DNA from: Octopus sinensis
Taxonomy: Eukaryota
Reading direction: 5' to 3'
Length of the DNA stretch: 64,000 nt
NCBI RefSeq assembly: GCF_006345805.1
Contig: NC_042998.1
Span: forward strand, 178,064,001 to 178,128,000
Positions within the stretch are counted from its first letter, which is position 1; every line of letters starts with the position of its first letter. Made by a program: the position numbers and the translations under genes. The notes under the pieces are model-generated. The model searched no databases, was not told the origin of the DNA, and saw only the letters and a list, made by a program, of their open reading frames with translations. Shown here in pieces: positions 24,766-37,124 of the stretch.

Positions 24766-27700
24766 GATTGATTGATTCTAGTTTCAGCTTATGAGCTGTG
24801 GCCATGCTGGGGCACCGCCATTTGGTGTTTCACTTCATGGAGGCTTTCTAGCAACTGCTATTTGGTGCATGAGAGAGTTCGATGCAGCTGCCCTCATCTG
24901 CCCCTCCTGCCGTGAAGTTGGTTCATCTGGGACACCTGACAGGAAGAGATCCAGCTTCATTTTAAAGACATCTGTATCCACCCCATGCAGGTCTCTCAGG
25001 TTCTTCGGGAGGATATTGAAGAGCTGTGGGCCTCGGAAGCCCAGGCTATCACAGAATCTTGTCCTACATCTTGATGGCAGGTTTGGAGTCCTAGGCACCA
25101 CGCAGTGGCGCCCAGTTCTGGCATTTGCGTAACTCTCGATGCCAAAGTTCAGGACACTTCCCTCCAGGATCTTCCAGATGTATATTATGGCATATCTTTC
25201 CCGCCTACGCTCCAGAGAATATAATTTTAATCTCTTGAGTCTTTCCCAGTAGCTTACATTCTGCATAGAGGCTATCTTCTTTGTGTAGCTTCGTTGGATC
25301 GCCTCAAGTTCTGTGATCAACTTGACACTGGATGGTGACCATAGCTGAGAGCAATAGTCAAAGTGGCTTAGGACAAGTGTCTTCCAGAGGACCATCATGG
25401 TTTTTTGTTCTCTTGTTCTAAAGGTTCTAAGAATCCATCCAGCCAGCCGTCTACATTTCATTGTCAGTTTAGCAACATGTACATGAAAGGTCGCGTCATC
25501 ACTCATGTGAATACCCAGGTCACGCACTGATTGTGCCTCTGGGATTGCAATCCCTCCGGGTCCAGTGTATTCATTGGGTATTGCATTCAGTTTTGCATGC
25601 TGATAGTATAAAGCTTGAAACTTTCCAGCATTGAACTGCATGCTATTCTTTTCAGCCCACTTGTATATTTCGTCCAGCTCACATTGCAGGTGTTTAGTGT
25701 CCTCAGGGTTCTGTATTGCCTGTGAAACTTTTGTATCATCTGCATAACTTGTGATCGTGGCTCTCTGCGTGGCTGAGGGCATGTCTGAGAGGGCCATTAT
25801 GAACAGTAGTGGTCCCAGAACAGTGCCCTGCGGAACACCGCTCACTATTTGTGTGTTAATGGAGGTGGCCCCATTGGCTACTACCACCTGACTTCTATCC
25901 TTCAGAAAGTCATGAAGCCATTCTCCCAGTTTTCCAACTATGTTGAGATCACGCAGTTTGTGACATATCATTCCATGATCGACTTTATCAAAGGCCTTTG
26001 CAAAGTCGAGATATATCACTTCCACATTTGAGTGGTTGAGCAGCCGTTTCAGCACCCAGTCATAGTGTTGTAGGAGCTGAGTTAAACAGCTTCTCCCTGG
26101 TCGGAAACCATGTTGGGTGTCGGGCAGCAAGTCATTCTCTTCAAGGAAGGTGATCAGCTTCCTTCTGACTATTCGTTCCATGACCTTGCTGATGTGTGAG
26201 GTCAGAGAGATAGGTCTATAGTTCTTGGCTTCCGCTCTGCTACCTCCTTTATGAATGGGGCATATTTTACCTTCCTTCAGTTTTCCTGGAAGTTTGCCAG
26301 CTGCAAGGAAGCTCTGAAAGAGGAACTGCAGTGGTCTTGCTAGGACTCTCTTACATGCTTTTAGGAGGATTGCCGGGAATCCATCGGGGCCAGTAGCTGA
26401 GTCTGTTTTCATTTCATCTATAGCCTTGGTTACATCGTCTTCCTTTATATCGATGTAATCTATCGTCGCCGCCTCTGATTTTATATCTGCAGTGGTAAAA
26501 AAGTCAGTTGGATTGGTGATTTGGAGATGCCCAAGGGGTGGAGTGAAAACACTCTTGAATTGCTCATTCAGTATTTCACTTACCCTCATTGGTTTTCCTG
26601 TAAGTGTGCCATCCTTTTCGAGGAGTGGCCCTATTCTACAGTGCACTGTAGCTGTTTCTTTGGCATACCTGTAGAAAGCTCTGGGGTTAGATTTTATGTT
26701 TTCTATAGCCCAGGCTTCTTTGTCTGCTCTTTCTTTTTCATGGGAGAGTTGCAGACATTTTTCGATTTCCAACAGTTTTATTTTTAGGCGGGACTTTTCA
26801 CTGCTTTCAATCTGTTTGTTTAGGCGATTTGAAAATTTCGTACGCCGTCTCATTAAAATTTTCCTCTCTCTGGGGATTTTGTTCTTGTGTACAGTGGCCT
26901 TTCTCTCTGGGACACATTTGTAGCATATGGCTTGCATTACAGACATGAATTGTTGAAGTTTCACGTCGATGTCTGGCGAGGAGAGACATTTAGGCCAGTT
27001 TTGTTTGAGGATCTCTTTCTCAATTTGTTTCCAGTTTGCCTTATGGTAGTTCAAGCTGGAAAGATTTTGAGGGTTTCTTGTAGGCTGCATGTCCGTGCTC
27101 TCTTTTGGCCCGTACATGGTCAGCTCTATCATGTTGTGATCCGAGAGTAGTGTCGGTGTCACTTTCACATTATGGATGAGATCCATGTCATTTGTGAAGC
27201 AGAGATCCAGTATGTTACCTGCCCTGGTTGGTTGGAGTATTACCTGCTCCATGTACAGGGTGTTGATGAGGTTCAGGAGGGACCTCGCCTGTCCTCGTTC
27301 ACATCTTGTCATTCCTGGGAGAGAAAGGCCCTCGGGCCATCTGACATTGGGCAGATTGAAGTCTCCCATAAGAAGCACACCTATGTGTTGCTCTAATGTG
27401 GTTAGAATTTCTTCTATTTTTATAAGGCAGTCTTCAAACTTGCCCACATGGCTTGGGGCATCTGGAGGGCGATATGTAGCACACACAACTACATCAAGTT
27501 GCCTAATATGTACAATTAGTGTGTCACACACCGAGTTTGAGTATGACAAGAGGACCTGGGGTGTGAGGTCCTCACGGATGTACATAGCAACACCTCCATG
27601 ACTCCTTTCTTTCCTGTCGGTCCGTAGTACAGCATACTGTGGTATGTGTAACTCCGCATCTGCTATGTCCGGTTTCAGGTGCGTTTCTGTAAGTGCTATG

Positions 27701-27831
27701 CATAAGGCTTGATTGCATGCAACAAAGTCTCTCAGGAACGGGATCTTTGTCCTGTTACTGAGTGTTTGCAGTCCTCTGATGTTCAGTAGGAGTATCGAGG
27801 TGAGGTGTACGTTGTTGCCGGCGGTGTCCAT
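24766..27831 (-). mobile_element. CR1/L2-like LINE with intact ORF2, 5'-truncated, short 3' UTR and (ATCA)n tail
   Basis: Uninterrupted ORF; 3' UTR GGCGGTGCCCCAGCATGGCCACAGCTCATAAGCTGAAACTAG then atcaatcaatc; 5' end abuts (TA)n. Confidence 0.95.
24835..27831 (-). CDS. LINE ORF2: APE endonuclease plus reverse transcriptase, 998 aa
   Basis: APE motifs NIRGL, LTETHL, GGVAMYI, YRPP, GDFN, LDLCF, SDH; RT motifs [36 protein letters not shown]; C-terminal [13 protein letters not shown]. Confidence 0.95.
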   Translation of the reverse strand: MDTAGNNVHLTSILLLNIRGLQTLSNRTKIPFLRDFVACNQALCIALTETHLKPDIADAELHIPQYAVLRTDRKERSHGGVAMYIREDLTPQVLLSYSNSVCDTLIVHIRQLDVVVCATYRPPDAPSHVGKFEDCLIKIEEILTTLEQHIGVLLMGDFNLPNVRWPEGLSLPGMTRCERGQARSLLNLINTLYMEQVILQPTRAGNILDLCFTNDMDLIHNVKVTPTLLSDHNMIELTMYGPKESTDMQPTRNPQNLSSLNYHKANWKQIEKEILKQNWPKCLSSPDIDVKLQQFMSVMQAICYKCVPERKATVHKNKIPRERKILMRRRTKFSNRLNKQIESSEKSRLKIKLLEIEKCLQLSHEKERADKEAWAIENIKSNPRAFYRYAKETATVHCRIGPLLEKDGTLTGKPMRVSEILNEQFKSVFTPPLGHLQITNPTDFFTTADIKSEAATIDYIDIKEDDVTKAIDEMKTDSATGPDGFPAILLKACKRVLARPLQFLFQSFLAAGKLPGKLKEGKICPIHKGGSRAEAKNYRPISLTSHISKVMERIVRRKLITFLEENDLLPDTQHGFRPGRSCLTQLLQHYDWVLKRLLNHSNVEVIYLDFAKAFDKVDHGMICHKLRDLNIVGKLGEWLHDFLKDRSQVVVANGATSINTQIVSGVPQGTVLGPLLFIMALSDMPSATQRATITSYADDTKVSQAIQNPEDTKHLQCELDEIYKWAEKNSMQFNAGKFQALYYQHAKLNAIPNEYTGPGGIAIPEAQSVRDLGIHMSDDATFHVHVAKLTMKCRRLAGWILRTFRTREQKTMMVLWKTLVLSHFDYCSQLWSPSSVKLITELEAIQRSYTKKIASMQNVSYWERLKRLKLYSLERRRERYAIIYIWKILEGSVLNFGIESYANARTGRHCVVPRTPNLPSRCRTRFCDSLGFRGPQLFNILPKNLRDLHGVDTDVFKMKLDLFLSGVPDEPTSRQEGQMRAAASNSLMHQIAVARKPP

Positions 27832-27841
27832 ATATATATAT

Positions 27842-27885
<44 letters not shown>

Positions 27886-27895
27886 AATATATATA

Positions 27896-27984
<89 letters not shown>

Positions 27985-27989
27985 GTATG

Positions 27990-28021
<32 letters not shown>

Positions 28022-28175
28022 CATTTTTCTCTCCTTGTTTTTTCTGTGTCCCTTTCTGTAGAAGAGCGTAGGCTCGAAACGTAAAAAATGTTTTCTATTC
28101 CTGAGCGTTATACTAATACATCTGTTTGTTTTGTACACCACCTGTCTTCGTCTTTTGTTTTTTTTCGTAAACTCT

Positions 28176-28225
<50 letters not shown>

Positions 28226-28226
28226 T

Positions 28227-28280
<54 letters not shown>

Positions 28281-28440
28281 ATATATACACATATATATAA
28301 TTATATATATATATATATACATACATATGTACATATATATATATATATATATTTGTATATACATGTATGTATGTATTTGTATATATGTATTTATATACAT
28401 TTATATATACGTGTTCATAAATGTATATATATATGTATAT
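27832..28440. repeat. (TA)n arrays flanking a short PLE tail
   Basis: Direct reading. Confidence 0.95.
28020..28170 (+). mobile_element. Solo 3' tail of a Neptune-like PLE with variant HHR, inserted in (TA)n
   Basis: Homologous to 38085-38250; TTT-CTGTAGA-A-GAGC-gtag-GCTC-GAAAC-GT-A-AAA at 28053-28086. Confidence 0.7.
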
Positions 28441-28443
28441 ATT

Positions 28444-28606
28444 TGAAAAAAATGAATAGAAATGACTTTTATAATTTTTCTACTCTGATAATTAGATGCT
28501 CATAAGTTATTAGGTGTTTTAAAATACCTAATAACTTATGAACTAAGAACATCTAATTATTAAAGTGGAAACGTTTTCAGAAAAGCCATTTCTAGTCATT
28601 TTTTCA
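28444..28606. repeat. ~163-bp imperfect palindrome (foldback or MITE-like)
   Basis: Perfect 16-bp inner stem 28500-28515/28526-28541; outer arms tgaaaaaaatga..tagaaatg pair with catttcta..tcattttttca. Confidence 0.9.
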
Positions 28607-28743
28607 GACATATAATACTGTACCAACGACTTATTATTTCTATTTCTTATTCTACTTATGCATACATACACGCACACACACACATATATACATACACACA
28701 TGCATGCACATATATACACACACACATATATATTTGTATATAT

Positions 28744-28778
<35 letters not shown>

Positions 28779-29114
28779 ATATATTATATATATATATTTT
28801 TTATTTTTTTTTTATTTTTTTTTTTTTTATTTATCTATTCTTTCATCTAACTTACCACTGACTCCTTGACCACTCCCCCAAGTATGATATTTTGCGCTAT
28901 GCCTACCCCCAAAAAGTCCCCCACCACCACTCCTTTAAACCTGCCTAAATGTATAAATGCTAATACAATTCTTGTTAAATAGCTTCCTGAAGATTTCTCT
29001 TGAATGAAACAGTACTAGTCCTGTAGAAGCTCCTTCTATATAATAAATTAATTTTACTCTGCTATGTATTGAGTACCTTACTTACTGTGGTTAACCCCGA
29101 ATCAACCCGGGACC

Positions 29115-29155
<41 letters not shown>

Positions 29156-29422
29156 ACATACACACATAGACAAATACACATGCACATATATATATATATA
29201 TATATATGTGGGTACGATTAGTGAAATTTTGGTAGTAATGACTTATGTCCCTCTTAGTGTGAGGCATTTATGTGTAATAATGCTCTCTATACAATATAAA
29301 TTAATATTTTCAAAAGGAAAAAAATTATTTTCGAATTTTTTTCTCTTATGAGGTTTTTCACGCTAACTACCTGATAATTTCTTGTTAAGATTCCTTATTA
29401 AGAATTTATCCTTAATTGTTAA

Positions 29423-29493
<71 letters not shown>

Positions 29494-29759
29494 TACACAC
29501 ATGCCCACATACGTATCCTTTCTTTCAAATGTAATAATTCTATGACCAATATCTTCTGATATCTTTTGGGCTTTGGCCACTCATCTTTTTATATTTGCTG
29601 GTCTTCTTGGGATTCATAACTACTTTTAGATCAGGTGCAAGCTGTGTTAGTCTCACTTTAGAGTAGATTGTCAGTTTGAAATATGCAAGTAGTTTAAAAA
29701 ACGTATTCATCTCGCGCTCTCTTATACTTCTATTTTATTTCTGTTTCATTTAGATAATG

Positions 29760-30154
29760 CTAGCAGTATCGCCCGGCGTTGCTCGGGTTTGTAAGGGAAA
29801 TAACTATATAAGCATTTTTAGAGAGTTATAGCCAAAAAATAGCAAAAAAATGCATTAAAAATGAAAAAAATGATGGTAAATTTTTTTTAAATCATTGACT
29901 CATTGTAGACATTTTTAGAGAGTTATTTCCCTTATATAATAGCGAAAAAATGCATTAAAATGGAAAAAAATGATGGTAATTTTTTTTTTTAATCGTAGAC
30001 TCATCGTAGACGCGCGCTAATACCCAGAAGGGCTCGATATGAATCACGACTATAAGATACCCGGTTTTGGTTAAACTGCACCGCAAAATGTGGGAGTAGT
30101 TAGGAATCTAAATCGTAGGAGACAGACACACAACTTGACTTTTATATATAAAGA
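29760..30154 (-). mobile_element. Non-autonomous Helitron, copy 3 (same family as 13411-13973)
   Basis: Minus A|TCTTTATATATAAAA at 30154; hairpin and CTAG at 29760; internal sequence matches copy 1. Confidence 0.9.
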
Positions 30155-30799
30155 TTTTCTGTCGAGAAAGGCCTCATTTCTTGTTTGTCACATATTTGCA
30201 CGCTTTATTTCCGTGCTTTTTCACTTTCAAAGTATTAATCATTCATTTAACACTTGACGAAATGATACGGTTTCCCGCTATGATGTTTGGTGATATTCCA
30301 ACCTCAAAGACTGAATCTGTCTGATGGTTATTTGCCTTGTACTCCGTTTGTATATTTACATGTGGCAGCTAAACGGTAATTAGTGCGAATATTTGCATCA
30401 GATTACTTAAGAGACAAAAGGCAAAACCATTTCACCAGTCAGTGCAAGTACTTTAAAAAACGTATTTACAAGTGCACCCTTCAGCATTTTTGTTATTGTA
30501 AGGCGGCTATTATCCCTTTCTCCTTTTCCTCCTCATTATGTCATCATCTTTAATGCTGTCATCCACTTTACGGACAGTTCATGTTTCGTTTATGCAATGA
30601 ATGGAGCAAAACTTAATAACCAAGTGTTCGTTATGTTCCTTTTATCATCTCAGTTTTCGAGCAGCTTCCTTCAGAGTACTGCAGGTTACGGTAATATAAT
30701 ATTCTGTCCCAATCCTCATTTATAATTTGATTATTTTAAGTATGATTGTATGAAAGCTAGCGCCTATTCTACGGGAAAAACTTCCATATTTTCCACGCG

Positions 30800-31020
30800 C
30801 CACATTTTTGTAACTGCTCATTTCAGATCTTCTGAATCATGTCTTGTTTCATCTCATCCACTTTGCTGCCACCCAGAGATGCTATATCAGTTATACTGCA
30901 GTGTTTTTGTCTTTTGTCATTGACGATAACAATGTCTAATATTTTTGTCTCAATCATACGAAGGCACTGAACGTTGTATTCCCACTGTATTAGGTTGCTG
31001 TTCATATCACGTATCAGCTC
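30800..31020 (-). mobile_element. Degenerate R4/Dong-like RLE endonuclease fragment
   Basis: WEYNVQCLRMIETKILDIVIVNDK..CSITDIA resembles WD.NIQ.D..I..RRPDIV....C.IIDIA. Confidence 0.55.
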
Positions 31021-31644
31021 TTCTTTAGTTATATTTTCCTCATAATTTCCAGTGTATTTCTAAAGATGTTAAGAAATACATTCGCTTACAGTCACTTTTG
31101 CGGTGACTATGGTCAAATCGTAGTTAAACGTCCAAGAAATAAAAAGCATATTTTGGGTGGAGACAATATGGATATAAACGCCCTGATGACTCCTGAAACT
31201 ATAAAACAATTCCAGAAGTTATCTTGTCGTGAGCTCAGAAAGAAAAAGAAAAACATGAAACTAGAGGTGTAGGGCAGAAACCTTAGCTGTTACACCGTTA
31301 CAGTAAGAGTTACTTTAGAGTGTCTCCCCTAAAGAACTAGAAAAGTTCAAGAAGGGACAACAACTGAACTAGAAACAACACAGCAGCTACTGGACCGCTG
31401 TTCCAACAACATCACTCGTCACAGTTCTGGTCCAATGAAGTAACCAGAAAGCTGAAAAATTCGACACCCAGTCTCACTCTATCGATTTGCGAAAATGTGA
31501 TGGAAAACAAGCATGGTAAGAGTGTGACTCGCTATCTGGCAATTATCCTCTTCCTTCTCTTCCTCCTCATCAGGTTCAGTCTTATTCCTGGTAGGAATTA
31601 TGTGGGTAGCGGGTTGCTACTAGTAACCTAAGGGATCCACAAGT

Positions 31645-32035
31645 TTTCAGTAGTCTTTCAACTGCTTAGAACCCTCCTGATAATCCTTGCAGTCACTAAG
31701 AGGCAAACATTCTGTGGGAGTTCTACAGGGCATTCTATTCCAATCTCCTTCAGCCATTTGACTTTTCCTTTGCTTACTGTTCCCAACACACCAATTATAG
31801 GTACGACCTTTAGTGTTCGCATGCTCCAAAATTTTCCTATTTCAAATTTTAAAGGATTGTATATGTTTTATCTTTCTTCCTCTTTCTTTACGATCCTGGA
31901 ATCAACGGGCGTGATGGGTCGACTAGTAAGCAACTTCGCTTTACCTTTTCTATAATTGTAATAACCGGTCTATTACTTTCTAGCTTCTTATCCGTTTGAA
32001 TATGTATGTCCCACAAAATCTTACATTTTTCCGAC
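31645..32035 (-). mobile_element. R4/Dong-like 3' end (restriction-like endonuclease)
   Basis: Manual: KILWDIHIQTDKKLESNRPVI..CLLVD..PVDSRIVKKEEEK..EIGKFWSMRTLKVVPIIGVLGTV..LPQNVCLLVTARIIRRVLS*. Confidence 0.8.
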
Positions 32036-33829
32036 TCCAGTACTCATTCGATTTGATCATCATCATCATCATCACTATTATGGCTGTTGCTGTTTTGTTG
32101 TCATCACCACCATCACCATCATCATCCGTGTCATTATCATCGTCGCCAATAAGTGCAGTATGAACATTACTTGCAGCAACTTCAGCTTAATTGGTATAGG
32201 AATTCTTTTTATTAGTTTTATAAGTTTCCGTCTTCTGCGTTCATAAAAATAATGGAAAATATATATATAAAAACACATTGTAACGCTGCAAATACAAACG
32301 AGCTCATATTCATCCCCCTCCCCCGCCCCCAATACACACATAAAGAAACTAAGAAATAAACAAATACACGCATAACTGTACAGTTTCACACATACAGAAA
32401 TCTGCAAACATCTATACAAAAGAAGCAGTTATATTGTAGTTCACTGTGGAACTATCGTACAATATGGCGCCTCCAGTTTAGTAATTACTCTTAAATAAAG
32501 TATTTGTATGCATTTCGTATTTTCTCCACAAATTTTGACGGATTATGCACGAAAAGTTGGAAATAATGATATCGAACTGAACATTATATAATAGTTTTCG
32601 AGATTCTTCTGTCCAGAAGCTTCTTTAAAATTATACTGTAGATTCTGGATAGTAAAAATAACTGGAATACAGTATATCATTATTTTGGGATGCTTTAAAA
32701 AATTGCGTCAAATTTTATTGAAAACACCCGAAGAAATAAATTTTACTTTGTTTTGTTGATACAAGTGAAGCATGCAAATACTATGTTGAGATTAACAGTT
32801 CGCTTAAAGCTGTTAGACATTTGTATCTATTATAAAAATGAAGTGAATATGAACTCCATAAAATGTTAACATCATTTCAATCTTCTAACAAGCGATACGT
32901 AGTTCAAGTCCCTTTATTAGTCTTTTTGATCTCCACTTGTTTGTCGAGAGCATCTCATGCTGACGTTTAGTAAAGGTATAAGGTTTGATATTATTCGTAT
33001 TAAAAACTTCTAACTGTTAAAGAGTAAATTATTTACTTGAAAGAGTAAATTATTATGGAGTTCACAAATCAGAGATGACATTGCACCATTAGAATTGTTA
33101 AATAACAGACGATCTACTTTTGGACCTGGCGGGTACACAGTGAAAACTGAAAAAAAAAAAAGGAAGGTGGGGAAGAAAGAAATGCCATTTCAGTTATTGT
33201 AATCGGTAACAGTGGTATCTGACAGTGAGCATACGTGTTTCTAGTATTTTTAGTGGCTTTGTTGCTTTTATTAATCTCGTATTGGTATTAAGAAAAGTTT
33301 AATGTTAATATTCTTTATTGTTTTACATCTTTTTTATTCTACTGGCTCCAGTCAGTGGACTGCACCAGGCTGGGACACTGCCCTCAGAAGTTTTAATCAA
33401 TCCTAACAGTCTGTATCTTTAGAATCGCTAAGTTTTGCCTCTAAAATGGTACGGGATATGACAGCAGCTTACCCTGGTAAATGTAAATATAACACAAAAA
33501 CGGACAAAATCACGCATACGCAATGTAAATGTTTTTAGTGGACATTTGTTTTAACTTTACTGTAACGAAACAAACATCAACCCATTTACTCTGTTGCCAG
33601 AGTATTTACTTCTGTTACTCATTTGTGCTCCACTGTTACATTAAATAAGATAAACCAATTTAATTCTATCAGAGTTTCTGTATTCTGTAAATAGCTATAT
33701 GCTACTATTCTAATGTGGTTAGAAAAATGAGTAACCATTTTTGATAAAGGGATAAAAATGTTGAAGCTAGCTGATCTCATTTTCTAGGGAGAGAGAGAGA
33801 GAGAGAGAGAGAAACATGGTTTAATCACA

Positions 33830-34062
33830 TTAGGCGGCGAGCTGGCAGAAACGTTAGCACGCTGGGCGAAATGCTTAGCGGTATTTCGTCTGCGTTACGT
33901 TGTGAGTTCGAATTCCGCCGAGGTCGACTTTGCCGTTCATCCTTTCGGGGTCGATAAATTAAGTACCAGTTACGCACTGGGGTCGATGTAATCGACTTAA
34001 TACCTATGTCTGTCCTTGTTTGTCCCCTCTGTGTTTAGCCCCTTGTGGGTAGTAAATAAATA
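33830..34062 (+). mobile_element. Full-length family A SINE with 12-bp TSD
   Basis: ggtttaatcaca at 33818-33829 and 34063-34074; head GGCGGCGAGCTGGCAGAAACGTTAG, B box GAGTTCGAATTCC. Confidence 0.95.
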
Positions 34063-34914
34063 GGTTTAATCACAGTATTTAAGTATCACACGGAAGGTTA
34101 AAAATGAATGTTTATCTCAGTCACACACTCGTAAGTTTATCATATTCTAACATCTTTGTTTATTTTGTTGCCGTGTAGTACCTCCATTAATATCCAAGAT
34201 GCCATCAATGTCACACCCAACCAAGCCTTATTACCATCAAAAATGGAATGCCCAGAGCCAGTACTCAGGAATAGCATCGAGAACAGATTAGTAAAGCAAG
34301 ACGTGGTACATGTAAAAATTTGAAATCAACCAACTTCCTAAGAACACTAAACGATATACTTTTATCATCGCCTATTATTAAACGGCGATATTGGACTCAC
34401 GCCACTGACTGCCATTGGCGGGTAGGTTATATATCGTTAGAGCATGTTCTGACAATAGGTAAATTTTCTTTTGTGGAATATATCTGGCGATATAACTAAA
34501 TACAGAGTATCTTTGCCGATGTGTTAAAAAAAACAAAACAATATTTCAACGCCAGTAAAATGATAAACAGCACTAAATTGCACTCTATTATTTTCCGCGA
34601 TGTGGGCGAGAAAAGGCAACGCAAGAGCGTAAACACATGGAAACAAAAATACTCTTCAGATAAAAACTTATTGAATTAAGAACAGTAAATTGGTTAGAAG
34701 AAAACAGAAGCAGATGCTATAAAGTGTGTGTGTGGTGGTGGCGGGGAAAAACCTTTCAGTTATTGGTAGAATATAACGAAGTCGATACATTTGCCAAAAA
34801 AATAAACAAGAATAAATTGTCTGCTTAATAAGAAAGACAATGATAATAGAGGGAGACAATGCTAATACTGATATGAAGTGGTGGCGACAACAAAAACAAC
34901 AGCATGATGCTTAG

Positions 34915-34915
34915 T

Positions 34916-34958
<43 letters not shown>
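34915..34958. repeat. (TAGA)n microsatellite
   Basis: Direct reading. Confidence 0.95.
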
Positions 34959-35811
34959 TAGTTGAGAATTCTACAAATATGTGTACCCTTAATTGTCAGG
35001 CAGAATTAAGGATTTACTGAAGTAAACCTTTTCTAACACTTAGCTTATCATAATCTGTTGTATTCGTAATCAGAACTCAAGCGTGAACTTACTTTCCTCG
35101 TGTGAGTCGCAAGCTTGAGAAGTTAATTCCAACTCTTGAGAAGTTAATTCCAAACTTATTAAACATCTTTAACTACGTTGAGTCATCACACACTTTTGAG
35201 TGTCTAATCACTGCACCATAGTCATCCCCGCGACTTCACATAAAAATCATTAGCGTTACAATTACTATATTTGCTTAAGTAAAAAGTATTTAACCGTCAG
35301 TATGCTGTATTTTTTCCTCGGAACAATTCACGAAGTTTTATGGCTATTTCTAGCAGGGTGACGCTATGAATGGCAAAATTAGTACAGGACCAGACAAAAA
35401 ATCTTCCAGTGCTCTAATTTAAGTCGCACTCTTTTACTTTCTGATTCGAAATCATTTCAGGTGTCAGCTTTGTTTGTTATCAGTCCTAGTCAATAAAATC
35501 AGTGTCAGTCAAGTTAGGTGGTCACTTTAATATACTGAGCGCAGCTGTAAAATATGTGATCGTGTACCTGTATGAGAAATTTGGGTATGAGAAATTAGCT
35601 ACTGAGAAGCTAGGCCGTTGACCAGCATTCTCGCTTGTTGCTTGGACACCGTACTACTTGGCATCTTTCAGTTATTAAATTAATTGTAATTCAGCCATTT
35701 GATATGTTCCGAAGACAAACTCAATCAATGCTCACTAACAGTATTGAACAGTAAATAAATAAATAAATAAATAAAGCAAGATCATTACCACCATAATTGC
35801 TAATCCTAAAA

Positions 35812-35826
35812 TCATCGTCATCGTCG

Positions 35827-35884
<58 letters not shown>

Positions 35885-36168
35885 TAATGATGACGATGAA
35901 CTGCGTGTTTGGGAACAAATTAATGATAATAATAGCTTACACAAATTTGGCATGTCCTTTGGAATATGGAAACACCAAGAACAATAATCGATAGTGGTGT
36001 TGGACATTTGGAAAGTAATATAAAATCTAATAACACTAGTTTCCCATTGGTTTCGTAGAAATGGTTTCTCGATAGGATCCTTTACTTTGTTCCCAGAGGA
36101 TATATGATAGAATTTCGATCGAATAACAAATGCCAAGTCAAAAATGAAATAGAGCATAGATTATTATT

Positions 36169-36240
<72 letters not shown>

Positions 36241-36285
36241 GCTGTTGTTGTTGTTGATGATGATGAAGATGATGATGATGTTGTT
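35812..36285. repeat. (CAT)n at 35812-35885 and (TTG)n/(GAT)n at 36160-36285
   Basis: Direct reading; explains the poly-D/S/M/L/N ORFs. Confidence 0.95.
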
Positions 36286-36286
36286 A

Positions 36287-36500
36287 AGGCGGCGAGCTGG
36301 CAGAATCGTTAGCTCGCCGGGCAAAATGTTTAGCGGCATTTTGCCCGTCTTTACGTTCAGAGTTCAAATTCCTCCGACGTCGACTCTGCCTTTCATCCTT
36401 TCTGGGTTGATAAAATAGATACCAGTCAAGTACTGGGATCGATGTAATTGACTAGTTTCCTCCCTCAAAATTGCAGGCCTTCTGCCTATATTAGAAATTA
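36287..36500 (+). mobile_element. Family A SINE with an alternative 3' tail
   Basis: Same head and core as 33830-34062 but ends cctccctcaaaattgcaggccttctgcctatattagaaa(tta)n. Confidence 0.85.
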
Positions 36501-37124
36501 TTATTACCGTTGTTGTTGTTGGTTGTTGGTTATTGTTGTTGTTGCTGTTGCTCTTGTTACAAATATTGCTGTTTTACTGTTGTTATTGTTGTTACTGCTA
36601 CTAGTATCAATATTAGCATTGTCTCTCACTATCATAATTGTTTTTCTTATTAAACAGAAAATATATTTTTATATATATATTTCTGGCAAATATTTCTACA
36701 TCATTATATTCTACCAATAACTGAAAGGAAATCCACCCCCACCCCCCACAGGCACGCACACATATACTCACTTATTTTAGAACATCTACTACTTTTTGCT
36801 CACCAATTTACTGTCCTTATTTCACCGAGTTTTTGTCTGTATAGTATTTTTGCTTTTGGTATTTGTCTTTCCGAAATCCATTAGTAATTTCTTTTCTTAC
36901 AAACTCACCACGAATGTCGCCTTTATTTCATGCATACATACATTCCGAATGCGTGAAATGTTTTCATATATAGTATAATAATAAACAATGCTTTAAAACT
37001 GCTTTTCTCCCTCTTCACACGGAACAACAGAAAATGACTTTATTATGAGTTATCAAGTAAACCTCAGTGACTATATATTTTCTATATGAGACGCTGAACG
37101 AAATCTTTAATCTTTTATTGTCTG

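Noticed and set aside
25849-28084. Plus-strand ORFs overlapping the LINE
   Set aside because: Antisense shadows of ORF2 and (TA)n translations.
34179-34325. Open frame after a polypyrimidine acceptor (TSINIQDAINVTP...)
   Set aside because: No recognisable domain and no clear donor.
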